Made by a program: the position numbers and the translations under genes. The notes under the pieces are model-generated. The model did no database searches. It was not told the origin of the DNA and was given only the letters and a program-made list of their open reading frames with translations. A stretch of 64,000 nt of DNA. It comes from an uncultured Candidatus Saccharibacteria bacterium (GTDB taxonomy: Bacteria; Patescibacteriota; Minisyncoccia; Phycocordibacterales; CAIZLB01). Positions 46,391 to 55,441 of this stretch are shown in pieces (the stretch's first letter is position 1; the number at the start of each line of letters is the position of its first letter). The stretch spans positions 34,421 through 98,420 of the forward strand of contig CAZFNX010000001.1 of the NCBI GenBank assembly GCA_964520195.1, given 5' to 3'.

Positions 46391-46960
46391 AAAAAAGACC
46401 TCTTCCCCCCGACTAACTACGTCTCCTAAGAGTGTGTTTCGGGGCGGAAGAGGAAGTGCGGTTTGGTAGTGGATGAGGTTGTAAGCCTACCTGGCTACCG
46501 TTTTGCCGTGAAGCCAAGGACCTTTCGATCCGGTCTCGGCAAACACATTTATCGACGCCAGCCTAGACGAGCGCGATAAACAAACCATTGTGCACTCTTT
46601 AACTTTATCATTGTGAGTTTGTTTGTCAACCATATGAGCATGCTCGGAGACGGTGTGGTATAGGAAGGTATGGAAGGGATATGATTCTCTATAATATAAA
46701 TAAAAAAACCAAAGCTCTACTGAGGGCTTCGGGGTGCTTTTTGTTGTGTTGGAATAAATGAAGAGGATCTCCACTTGCCTCATGGAATAAATCTGGATTG
46801 TTGTCCAGACCTTGCTTCACAAGGCAAGTGGATAGACCGGCGTGTCCGCCACCTCCTCTCTACCGCATGCAGTTGCACACGTGTTTATACTCTTGGGTCG
46901 ACCGAACCATCAATAAGGGTCGACTTACGGTAATATTAGCATTTCAGGCTTTTTTATGTC
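46391..46960 (-). ncRNA. candidate structured non-coding RNA(s) of unknown class (GC-rich, hairpin-dense; minus-strand terminator at ~46391-46450)
   Basis: A 1.2-kb gap with no credible ORF. Its GC-rich segments contrast with the genome background. It contains a GNRA-capped hairpin (GGAUC-GAAA-GGUCC), long-range complementary arms (CCACTTGCC...GGCAAGTGG) and a minus-strand CCUCUUCCGCCCC...GGGGGGAAGAGG + U6 terminator. The boundaries are guesses. Confidence 0.25.
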
Positions 46961-46975
46961 AAATACAACAATCAA

Positions 46976-47021
46976 TAGGGTAGGGTAAAGGTAGGGTAAT
47001 AAGAGTAGGGGCTATACGGGG
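46976..47021 (+). repeat. degenerate (TAGGG)n G-tract microsatellite; potential G-quadruplex
   Basis: TAGGGTAGGGTAAAGGTAGGGTAATAAGAGTAGGGGCTATACGGGG. Confidence 0.5.
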
Positions 47022-47381
47022 AAATATGACTTATAATCAGTATATAAACAAACATCCCACTATTTCACCTAGATTTGTCATATGTCATATTTTACCATTA
47101 TTTTATAAGGGTAAAATGGTGGGAAAAAATATAGCCAAAATGGCAAAAACCCTCCCACTACTTGCATTTTGGGGTGGAATATGCTAAGATACTTAGGTCA
47201 CTGTAAGAGTGGCTATTTTATTTGTGCAACGTATATATTTTTTCAGAGGGCTTTCGCGATGAGTTATCTTTCTTACATAACTCCACTCAGTTGGCCATAC
47301 AGACATTGGTAAAAGATATATAAAGATTAACAAGTTAATATTAAGCTTATTTTACAATTCTCAACCCTTGCGTTTGCAACA

Positions 47382-47840
47382 TTGTTATCAGGTGCAGTTA
47401 TGACTATGCCAGATACATCGTTACAAAATGACGCAACAGTAGCCTCAAGCTCTGTATCAATAACTGAAGTAGCTTCAAGTACTAGACCATTAACAAAAAA
47501 AGAAGTTCAAAAACAACTAAACGCCACAGTTGGTTCATCTGTAAAATCTTATTTTAAGGATGCGCCTATTATGGAAAAAGTAGCATATTGTGAATCAACA
47601 TATATGCAGTTTGATTCAGTTGGTGTAGTTCATCGAGGTATTGTCAACAATAAAGACGTTGGTATATTCCAGATTAATGAAAAATACCACCTAAAACGTT
47701 CTCAAGATTTGGGTATGGATATATACTCAATCGAAGGAAACATGGAATATGCTCGAGTTCTGTATGAAGAACAAGGATTACAACCATGGTCAGCTTCTAA
47801 ACCTTGTTGGGGAAAGTTTCTTGATCTTGCTATCAAGTAA
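47382..47840 (+). CDS. lysozyme-like/transglycosylase-like (Rpf/SLT-type) domain protein
   Basis: AYCES...DVGIFQIN...W...C pattern resembling the Rpf/lysozyme-like fold. S/T-rich N-terminus. Confidence 0.45.
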   Translation: MLSGAVMTMPDTSLQNDATVASSSVSITEVASSTRPLTKKEVQKQLNATVGSSVKSYFKDAPIMEKVAYCESTYMQFDSVGVVHRGIVNNKDVGIFQINEKYHLKRSQDLGMDIYSIEGNMEYARVLYEEQGLQPWSASKPCWGKFLDLAIK

Positions 47841-47962
47841 TAACAATAACACCGCCTGTAAAAGGGTGGTGTTTTTGTTTTGTTGCTTAGCGACATGTTC
47901 TAGCTTTAAGACTGTTTGGTGATGTTGCAAAAAACCCTAACATGCGGTACAATAGGCAAATC

Positions 47963-48334
47963 ATGGCACAAACACCACTACCAAAACCAAAAGCTAAGAA
48001 AGCTACACCTGCAAAGGGAACACAGGCTGTTATTAAGACAGGAGGTAAACAATACCGAGTTCAAGAAGGTCAAACTCTTAAAGTTGAGAAGATTCTTGGT
48101 GATTTTAAAGTAGGAGACAAAGTAACATTTGATATGGTACTTCTAACAGATGATGGTTCAGCTATCACTCTTGGAACCCCATCTATCAAAGGTAAAAGTG
48201 TTTCTGCTACTATCACAGATATCGACCGATCTGCAAAAGTTATTGTTGGAAAGTTTAAACAAAAGAGTAAATATTTTGTTAAAAACGGTCACCGACAACC
48301 TTTCTTTGAAGTTAAGATTGATTCAATCAAATAA
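47963..48334 (+). CDS. rplU: 50S ribosomal protein L21 with Lys/Ala/Pro-rich N-terminal extension
   Basis: AVIKTGGKQYRVQEG...VEKI...GHRQPFFEVKI. The track ORF starts at 47942; the Met at 47963 is the likely start. Confidence 0.85.
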   Translation: MAQTPLPKPKAKKATPAKGTQAVIKTGGKQYRVQEGQTLKVEKILGDFKVGDKVTFDMVLLTDDGSAITLGTPSIKGKSVSATITDIDRSAKVIVGKFKQKSKYFVKNGHRQPFFEVKIDSIK

Positions 48335-48348
48335 AGAAACTCAAAAAT

Positions 48349-48386
48349 AAAAACACCAGCAGTCCATCACTAATGCTGGTGTTTTT
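48349..48386 (+). terminator. family-1 hairpin (stem AAAAACACCAGC/GCTGGTGTTTTT, loop AGTCCATCACTAAT) between convergent rplU and recR
   Basis: Perfect 12-bp stem plus T8. Confidence 0.7.
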
Positions 48387-48428
48387 ATTTTTTTCGTTCA
48401 TCAAACCTCTTGCTTTAGAGTACGGTGA

Positions 48429-49037
48429 CTATCGACGAAACTTCATTGCCTCTCTTAGTGTATCGCTATCAGCATACTCAAGCTCTCCACCTGTAGAAAG
48501 TCCACGTCCTAGAGTACTTACAGTAACGTTTGGATACTTTTTTTGAACATATTCACGGAGAATACGGGCAGTATAGTCTCCATCTGAGGTGGCGTTTGTT
48601 GCAAGTATGATCTCGGTTAAACCTTTCGTAAGAAGGGAATCAATGCGTGTATACATTTCAAGTACATGTACATATTCTTCTATATGTTCTGCAAAGAGTG
48701 GTATGTATCGTCCAAGTACATAGTAGTTACCTTGGTGCATCATGGTTTTTTCAAATACATCCACATCTGAGTCGTGGGCAACTATAAGTAGTGTTTTAGG
48801 ATCTCGTTGCTTACGACAAATAGAACAAGTAGAAAGGGTATCTGGTTTTGAATATGTGTCTATATATCTTCTGTTGCATAGAGAACATGTTGTCACATGG
48901 TTGTGAACTTGAAGAATTGCCGCCATCAACTCTCTTCTGTATACATCACTGCTGTGCATAATAAAAGAGACAAACCGTTTTGCTTGACGTGGTCCTATGC
49001 CTGGAAATTTTTTAAATAATTCTATAAGTTGGTCCAT
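48429..49037 (-). CDS. recR: recombination protein RecR
   Basis: HhH N-terminus LIELFKKFPGIGPRQAKR, a C4 zinc finger and a Toprim domain. Confidence 0.9.
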   Translation of the reverse strand: MDQLIELFKKFPGIGPRQAKRFVSFIMHSSDVYRRELMAAILQVHNHVTTCSLCNRRYIDTYSKPDTLSTCSICRKQRDPKTLLIVAHDSDVDVFEKTMMHQGNYYVLGRYIPLFAEHIEEYVHVLEMYTRIDSLLTKGLTEIILATNATSDGDYTARILREYVQKKYPNVTVSTLGRGLSTGGELEYADSDTLREAMKFRR

Positions 49038-49045
49038 GTGTGTGT

Positions 49046-50470
49046 TTACATATGATCTGCAAAGTCACCAAACTCACCGTGTTTTTTATCAAGAGTAACA
49101 AAGCATGAATGTTTATCATCAAACTTAAGACTGATGCTACCTGTCGGTCCGTTTCTGTGTTTCTCAATAAGAAGTTCTGCAATATTATCGCGTTCGTTGT
49201 GATCTTTGTATTTATCTTCTCGATGGATAAACATAACAATATCTGCATCCTGTTCAATAGAACCAGAATCTCGAAGGTCTGATAGACGAGGTTTACCTTG
49301 TCTTTGTTCTACTGCTCGAGAAAGCTGTGATAGGGCAATAACAGGGACATCAAGTTCACGAGCGAGTAGTTTGAGTGATCGAGAGATCTCTGTCATTTGC
49401 TGAACCACGTTGTCTGAGTTTCGACTCTGAGTTGGACTCATAAGTTGGAGATAGTCTACGACAATGAGACCAAGACCTTTGTCTGATTTTATTTTTCGTG
49501 CAGTACTTCGCATCTTTACAATGTTTGTACCAGGTTGATCGTCGATATATATAGGAGCTCGAGAAAGTTCACTGATACCGTGTTGCAGTCTGTCATACTC
49601 CTCTGAGTTATTGAGGTTGAGTTTACCGGTACGAAGTTTCCATGCATCTACCCGTGAGTGTGATGCAATCATACGATACAAGAGTTGTTGAGCACTCATT
49701 TCTAGGGAAAATATAAGCACCGGTGTGTTATGGTGTACTGCTGAGTTTCTAGCAATATCAAGAGCTAGAGATGTTTTTCCACAAGCTGGTCGAGCAGCAA
49801 GAATAATAAGATCTGATTTTTGTAGACCTGAAAGTTTTTGATCAAGATCTGTAAAACCAGTTGGAACTCCTCGTAGGTCTCCAGTACTGTTATGGAGTTT
49901 ATCGATCTGCTCCCATGCCTCGATTAATCCATGTTTAATGTCAGTAATAGTATTTCTAGTCTTTTTTTGTGTTACTCCAAATATCTCTTTCTCTGCCTGA
50001 TCAAGAATCTCTTCAAGATCTCCAGACTCTGCATAACTTATACTTGCAACTTTTTCAGATGCATAAATAAGTTTTCTCATCATGTATTTCTTTTCAAGAA
50101 TACGTGCGTAATACTCAATGTTACTTGCCGATGGAACAACTTGTACTAACTCAGCAAGATAGTGTGCGCCACCAACTTGTTCAAGTGAGCCCATTTCATC
50201 AAGAGTATTTTTTAGAGAAAGATAATCAACAGGATCTCCTTTGCCAAGCAGAGTAGAGATACCTGTATAAATAGTTTTATGCTTGTCGCTATAGAAATGC
50301 TCTATATCAACAATATCACTGATCTCCGCATATGCATCAGGACGAAGCATAATAGAACCCAGAACAGCTTGCTCAGCTTCAATACTATATGGAGGCAGCT
50401 TAAGATTGAAAGCGTCACCAGAGGTTGTCTTTTGCTGTTTGTAGTTAGTAGTATGATTACCTGCAGCCAT
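49046..50470 (-). CDS. dnaB: replicative DNA helicase DnaB
   Basis: N-terminal IEAEQAVLGSIML, Walker A GARPACGKTSLALDIA, plus H3/H4 motifs. 474 aa with no intein. Confidence 0.9.
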   Translation of the reverse strand: MAAGNHTTNYKQQKTTSGDAFNLKLPPYSIEAEQAVLGSIMLRPDAYAEISDIVDIEHFYSDKHKTIYTGISTLLGKGDPVDYLSLKNTLDEMGSLEQVGGAHYLAELVQVVPSASNIEYYARILEKKYMMRKLIYASEKVASISYAESGDLEEILDQAEKEIFGVTQKKTRNTITDIKHGLIEAWEQIDKLHNSTGDLRGVPTGFTDLDQKLSGLQKSDLIILAARPACGKTSLALDIARNSAVHHNTPVLIFSLEMSAQQLLYRMIASHSRVDAWKLRTGKLNLNNSEEYDRLQHGISELSRAPIYIDDQPGTNIVKMRSTARKIKSDKGLGLIVVDYLQLMSPTQSRNSDNVVQQMTEISRSLKLLARELDVPVIALSQLSRAVEQRQGKPRLSDLRDSGSIEQDADIVMFIHREDKYKDHNERDNIAELLIEKHRNGPTGSISLKFDDKHSCFVTLDKKHGEFGDFADHM

Positions 50471-50513
50471 AATATCCTTAATTGTACTTATTTTTATCTA
50501 GGTGTGTAGGCGT

Positions 50514-50987
50514 CTATATCATCACATAACACATATATAGAGCTATCCATAGGATAACTGAAAGAAGGGCAGTATATCGAAGCTCTTTATGATGTTCTAC
50601 AAAGGTATTTGACAAATGTTCATGCTTCTCCTGATACCTATACAAAATCTTGATTTGATAATATTTTTGTGTTGTTACAGTAAAGAGTAGGCAGGCTGAA
50701 ATAATAGTAGTAAGTGCTCCAAATCCATACATAAAACTGTTATATGTATTGACATTGTCTGTCATGATTAAGAAGAACACGTATCCTATTTGAATAAGGA
50801 AAATAATAAGTGATGAAATGAAACTATATGAAAGGACTCTGTTAATCACTTTTTTCTCAATACCTCGAATATGTTTTGTTTTCTCTACAATGATAATAAA
50901 TACATCCGCAATCAATGATGATGCAAGACCGATAGCAAGTGCTATTTGATGAAAAAGATAAAGTATAAAAAGAGTAAGCATGTACAT
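50514..50987 (-). CDS. small integral membrane protein (4 predicted TM helices)
   Basis: Hydrophobic segments throughout. No motif recognised. Confidence 0.4.
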   Translation of the reverse strand: MYMLTLFILYLFHQIALAIGLASSLIADVFIIIVEKTKHIRGIEKKVINRVLSYSFISSLIIFLIQIGYVFFLIMTDNVNTYNSFMYGFGALTTIISACLLFTVTTQKYYQIKILYRYQEKHEHLSNTFVEHHKELRYTALLSVILWIALYMCYVMI

Positions 50988-51042
50988 ATTGTAGCATGGA
51001 GAAATAAGTAGGGTAAATATCTTTCAGTTTTTTATCTGAATA

Positions 51043-51969
51043 TTACCTCTGCAACCACACATAAATATCTTCCAAGGCTTTCACTGCGTCACCACATGCA
51101 ATGTTGTTTTGATGATAGAGTCCATCTGTACAGTCTCCAGCTGCCCATATACCAAGAACTGATGTTCTCTGTGTTCGAGGATCTACTTTGATGTTTCCAG
51201 ATGGTGTCGTGTCAACAATATTTTTAACATAACTTGTATTCGGTTCTTGTCCTATTTCAACAAAAATACCTTCGACGTTCATCTTTTTTTGTACACCAGC
51301 TTGGGTATATGTCACACTCTCTACAAACTGTGTTCCATGTATCTCATCAATGGCTGCATTGATAACGAGTTCAATATTTGCTTTTTTCTTAACACTCTCA
51401 AGGGTTATCTCATCACCTCGGAATGTTTCTGTTCTATTAAAAATATATACTTTTTTACAGTACGCTGAAAGTTGTAATGCACTTTCAAGTCCTGCATTAC
51501 CTCCGCCAACAACGATAACATCTTGCTCTGCAAAAAATGGTCCATCACATGAGGCACAATAGGTAAGTCCTTTGTGTTCAAATGTATCAGCTCCAATAGC
51601 TTGAAGTTTTCTTCGAATACTTCCTGTTGTAACAAGAACTGTTTTTGTTTCTATGTATTCAACTTCGCTACCTTTTTTCTGTATATGGACCAGAAAAGAA
51701 TCAGTGCCTTGTTGCACGTCTATCACACGAGTTTTATCTCGAATCTCAAGCACTGTGCCTGCATACTCTCGAGCATGAGCTTCTAGATTTTGGGCAAGTT
51801 GAGCGCCGCTTATATGAGGTGTTCCTATCCAGTTTTGAATATCTTCTGATACAATACTTTGACCTCCAAAACTATCGGTTACAAGTACACTTTGTATTTT
51901 TTTTCGAGCAGCGTATACAGCTGCCGAAACACCAGCAGGACCTCCACCTAATATAACAAGATCAACCAT
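51043..51969 (-). CDS. trxB: thioredoxin-disulfide reductase
   Basis: FAD motif VILGGGPAG, redox-active CASCDG and NADPH motif VVGGGNAGLESA. Confidence 0.85.
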   Translation of the reverse strand: MVDLVILGGGPAGVSAAVYAARKKIQSVLVTDSFGGQSIVSEDIQNWIGTPHISGAQLAQNLEAHAREYAGTVLEIRDKTRVIDVQQGTDSFLVHIQKKGSEVEYIETKTVLVTTGSIRRKLQAIGADTFEHKGLTYCASCDGPFFAEQDVIVVGGGNAGLESALQLSAYCKKVYIFNRTETFRGDEITLESVKKKANIELVINAAIDEIHGTQFVESVTYTQAGVQKKMNVEGIFVEIGQEPNTSYVKNIVDTTPSGNIKVDPRTQRTSVLGIWAAGDCTDGLYHQNNIACGDAVKALEDIYVWLQR

Positions 51970-52025
51970 ATATAAATATTTTTTTATTACGTTAATAAAT
52001 AAATCCTAAAGAGCGGTTCGGTATA

Positions 52026-53267
52026 CTATCTTCCTTTTGATCGTCGGAGAAATGCAGGAACAGCATTCCAGTCATCTTCAATACTATCTGGAGCTGGTTT
52101 CATAACATTTGATGAACTTACTGTATCGTCAACAACTTCTTCAACAGAAGATGCTTGATTATTTGATTCATCTTTACTAAACATACCACCTAGAGAGTTA
52201 AAAATTTTTCCTGTTTTTGATGGTGCTGCAACAGAGTCGTTTTGATGAGCAACACTGTCTTGTACCATACTGTCTCTATCTCGGAAAATATTTCGAACAG
52301 CTGTAAGTTTATCAGGGAAGTTTGCTGCAATAACTGTAACTTGAATCTCATTTTTCTTAAGTTTTTCATCTCGAATAGTACCAAAGATAATCTTAGCATC
52401 TGGATCAACAGACTCTGTGATGACTCGAGCAGCTTCTGTGATCTCAAACATAGTAAGATCGTCATTACCAGCAATAGAGAAGAGAACTCCTTTTGCTCCA
52501 TGTATAGAAACATCGATAAGTGGTGATGAGATAGCGGCTTTTGCAGCTTCTGTTGCTCGGTTTTCACCACTTGCAGTACCAATACCCATAAGGGCAGATC
52601 CTGCATTTTCAAGAACTGCGCGGATGTCGGCAAAGTCAATGTTTCCAACTTGTCCCGGAGTTGTGATAAGTTGTGAAATACCCTCTACAGCCTGCTTAAG
52701 AACCTCATCAGACATTGCAAAAGCTTCTTTTGCAGTAGTGTCTTTTGAAATAGCTCCAAGGAGTTTGTCGTTAGGAACAACAATAAGTGCGTCTACAGAT
52801 TTTGAAAGTTCTGTAAGTCCTTCTTCTGCAAGTCGCATACGTCTTTGACCTTCAAACATGAAAGGTTTTGTCACAACACCAATAGTAAGTGCACCCATTT
52901 CTTTTGCAATCTTAGCAACAACAGGTCCTGCTCCTGTACAAGTTCCACCACCAAGTCCTCCTGCAACAAAAACCATGTCTGCATTTTTAAGAGCTTCTTG
53001 TACTTCCGCTCGAGTTTCTTCTGCAGCATTTTTACCAACTTCAGGATTCATACCAGCACCTAGACCTTTTGTTAGGTTTTTACCAATGTGAATTTTTCGC
53101 GGGGCGAGAGAATTTTGTAGATCTTGCGAGTCAGTATTGATAGCGAGAAAATCAACACCTCTAACTTTGGCGTTAATCATGTGGTTTGTGGCGTTTTTAC
53201 CAGAACCTCCTACTCCGATAACTTGAATTCTTGCAAATGATTCTACTTCAGTTTTTATGTGAGCCAT
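52026..53267 (-). CDS. ftsZ: cell division protein FtsZ
   Basis: Tubulin signature GGLGGGTCTGAGPVVAKIA and the GVGGSGKNA loop. Confidence 0.95.
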   Translation of the reverse strand: MAHIKTEVESFARIQVIGVGGSGKNATNHMINAKVRGVDFLAINTDSQDLQNSLAPRKIHIGKNLTKGLGAGMNPEVGKNAAEETRAEVQEALKNADMVFVAGGLGGGTCTGAGPVVAKIAKEMGALTIGVVTKPFMFEGQRRMRLAEEGLTELSKSVDALIVVPNDKLLGAISKDTTAKEAFAMSDEVLKQAVEGISQLITTPGQVGNIDFADIRAVLENAGSALMGIGTASGENRATEAAKAAISSPLIDVSIHGAKGVLFSIAGNDDLTMFEITEAARVITESVDPDAKIIFGTIRDEKLKKNEIQVTVIAANFPDKLTAVRNIFRDRDSMVQDSVAHQNDSVAAPSKTGKIFNSLGGMFSKDESNNQASSVEEVVDDTVSSSNVMKPAPDSIEDDWNAVPAFLRRSKGR

Positions 53268-53354
53268 GCAAAGAATAGTACCACAAAGTTACATAAATGA
53301 TAGTTTGAAGCCTTGCACACAGTGTGTTCTAGTTTTTATATCAAGGGTATATGT

Positions 53355-54650
53355 CTAAGGTAAAAACTGTTTAAACCATTCTAGTATACGGCCAAATGTT
53401 GAATATTCATCATGTAGGCCATGAGGTCTGTATAAGTGCTCCTCTTCGTGTTGGGTGAGATAATATAAGCCTGTTGTATATGCTGAAAGACAATCTACGT
53501 GCTGTATAGCTTGTTCTGATTGCTTGTGTTTACACACCTGTTTAAAAATATCAAGCTCCGGTACAACTTGAACTGGTAAATGAAGTATTTCTTTAGCTAT
53601 GACAGTTACATCGTTGATACGTCCACCTGCACCGTGGATAATAATTCCTGCAGGAAGTAATCTGTCTTTTTTTATCTTTCGTACATGTTGTTGGATAAGT
53701 TCAAAAATATCAATCAGACGTGCGTACACAATCTCATGATATCTCTCTTCAAGACTAAGATAGAGAGCTTTCTCTCTCTGATCTCGTTTGATGGCGACGT
53801 TTTGTTTCTTGATAAGAACTTCAGTAAGTTCTCCTGCAAGGTGTTGTAAACCTTTTGTTGGGTTAAGTTTGATATGTTCTGCTTGTTGCAAAGAAACTTT
53901 TAATCCAAGGGCTAGATCTTTTGTAATATCTTGTGATCCAATAGGGAATACATCAAGGAGTAATGGTATCCCTTCATCATATGTAATAGCTGTAGTCGTA
54001 TCTGCGCCAATATTTACAACACAAACTCCGGCCAATCTATCTGCTTCCTTAACTTGTTTTTTTGTAAATGCATACTCAGAAACTATCACGTCTTCAACTT
54101 TAAGATCCGCCTCCTCACACGCACAGAGTATTGTATCAAGATGTTGTTTCTGGACGTAGATACATAGTGCTCGAATATCTACAATATGTCCTTTCAGTTG
54201 TTGAGGGTGTAATGTCGAAATCTTTCTCCCGTCAATACGAAACTCTTGTGGAATAGTATGTACGATTTTTTTATTTTGAATAATATTATCAGGAATTCGT
54301 TGTTCAGCTTTTATATGTAGTTCTTGAACGAGTTGCTCTGTAATAAGCCCGAGTTTGTGTTTATTTTCGGTTTCAGCTCTACTTGAAATACTACCCAGAC
54401 TCATACCAGAAAGAGAAATAACAACTTTATCAATATTTCCAAGATAGATCTTATGAATTTGAGAAATAGCAAGACGAATACTCTGAGTCAATGCATCAAC
54501 GTCCGTTGCTACACCTCGTTTTATATAATCAATATCAACAGTAGATACAGCAACTACTTTATGCTCGTTTTGGTTTTCAAGTACAACAAGACGTAGTGAT
54601 TTTGTTCCGATATCTAGAACTGTGACGTGATGTGCCTCTTGTTTCTTCAT
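53355..54650 (-). CDS. ftsA: cell division protein FtsA (actin-like ATPase)
   Basis: LDIGTKSLRLVV phosphate-1 motif and IIHGAGGRIN adenosine motif. Located directly upstream of ftsZ. Confidence 0.85.
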   Translation of the reverse strand: MKKQEAHHVTVLDIGTKSLRLVVLENQNEHKVVAVSTVDIDYIKRGVATDVDALTQSIRLAISQIHKIYLGNIDKVVISLSGMSLGSISSRAETENKHKLGLITEQLVQELHIKAEQRIPDNIIQNKKIVHTIPQEFRIDGRKISTLHPQQLKGHIVDIRALCIYVQKQHLDTILCACEEADLKVEDVIVSEYAFTKKQVKEADRLAGVCVVNIGADTTTAITYDEGIPLLLDVFPIGSQDITKDLALGLKVSLQQAEHIKLNPTKGLQHLAGELTEVLIKKQNVAIKRDQREKALYLSLEERYHEIVYARLIDIFELIQQHVRKIKKDRLLPAGIIIHGAGGRINDVTVIAKEILHLPVQVVPELDIFKQVCKHKQSEQAIQHVDCLSAYTTGLYYLTQHEEEHLYRPHGLHDEYSTFGRILEWFKQFLP

Positions 54651-54655
54651 ATATA

Positions 54656-55096
54656 CTACTTAGTATACCTGTAAGGATAGAGTATGTGAAGTCTACGAGT
54701 GTATTTTTTTTCCAATGTATCCATATGTTCACCGTGATCATGTCCAAGAAGATGTATCATACCGTGTACAAGTACATATTCAAGATATTCTTTTTGAGTA
54801 ATATGAAATACTTTTGCTTTTTTTTCTATCATGTCGAAGCAGAGATATATTTCTCCAACACCACTGTTAACGTCTGTGTCAATAGGGAAGCTAAGTATGT
54901 CTGTAGGTTTGTCAATATTTCGATACTCAAGGTTTATTTTCCTCATTGCATCTTGTCCAACACATATAACAGAGAGCTCATACTTCTTCTTGAGGATTGT
55001 GTCTTTGGCACGTGACAAAAAAGCACCGTCCATAGGCGGTACTTTTTTTGTCGTGTAGGTAACTGTAAGATTGTGTGTGTCTAACAGTACGGCCAT
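54656..55096 (-). CDS. ybeY: rRNA maturation endoribonuclease YbeY
   Basis: Zinc-binding motif HGMIHLLGHDH. Confidence 0.85.
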   Translation of the reverse strand: MAVLLDTHNLTVTYTTKKVPPMDGAFLSRAKDTILKKKYELSVICVGQDAMRKINLEYRNIDKPTDILSFPIDTDVNSGVGEIYLCFDMIEKKAKVFHITQKEYLEYVLVHGMIHLLGHDHGEHMDTLEKKYTRRLHILYPYRYTK

Positions 55097-55097
55097 A

Positions 55098-55340
55098 TTA
55101 TTTACTTTTTTGTGTATTGAAAAACTTTCCTAGTTTGATATCTGCAAGTCGAGCCTCGTTGTTTTTGATCTTTTTAAGAGTCGCCATCTTAGTTTTGTAT
55201 GCTGAAAGACCTCTTTCTGCGTATCGTTTAGCTCGTACTTTATTAAGACCTCCCCAAGTTTGTATTTCCTTAGTGAATCTTCGAAGTATTGAAGATGCAG
55301 ATTCGTTTGCTTTTTTAGATATGATAACGTTTAATGACAT
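55098..55340 (-). CDS. rpsU: 30S ribosomal protein S21 (probable)
   Basis: ILRRFTKEIQTWGGLNKVRAKRYAERGLSAYK resembles S21 (ALRRFKR...GVLAEVRRREFYEKP). Start chosen at the internal Met; the track ORF extends to 55376. Confidence 0.5.
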   Translation of the reverse strand: MSLNVIISKKANESASSILRRFTKEIQTWGGLNKVRAKRYAERGLSAYKTKMATLKKIKNNEARLADIKLGKFFNTQKSK

Positions 55341-55441
55341 GCGGTACATTGTAGCATAAAAGGGAAAAGAGGGCAAATGTCATAATTATATATTTATTTA
55401 AGATATATACATGAGTGTTATGTTTACGATATACTTACATC

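Noticed and set aside
46391-46960. Assignment of the structured region to RNase P RNA, tmRNA or SRP RNA
   Set aside because: By eye I found partial resemblances only (GAAAGGUCC, GCCAGGUA, CAAACCGC). There is no P4 partner strand, no tRNA-like 3' end or ...AA-stop tag frame, and no SRP GGAA/AGCAGC domain IV. The class is left open rather than named.
46487-46983. Two short ORFs (98 aa minus, 61 aa plus) inside the rpmA-rplU gap
   Set aside because: Low-complexity, Cys/Pro/Arg-rich translations of GC-rich structured DNA. They are better explained as ncRNA or structural sequence than as proteins.
52190-53091. Several 70-150-aa ORFs on both strands inside ftsZ (and similar ones inside efp, yqeY, smc, rnr)
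   Set aside because: They are antisense or alternative-frame ORFs nested in strongly supported genes. Typical of six-frame noise.
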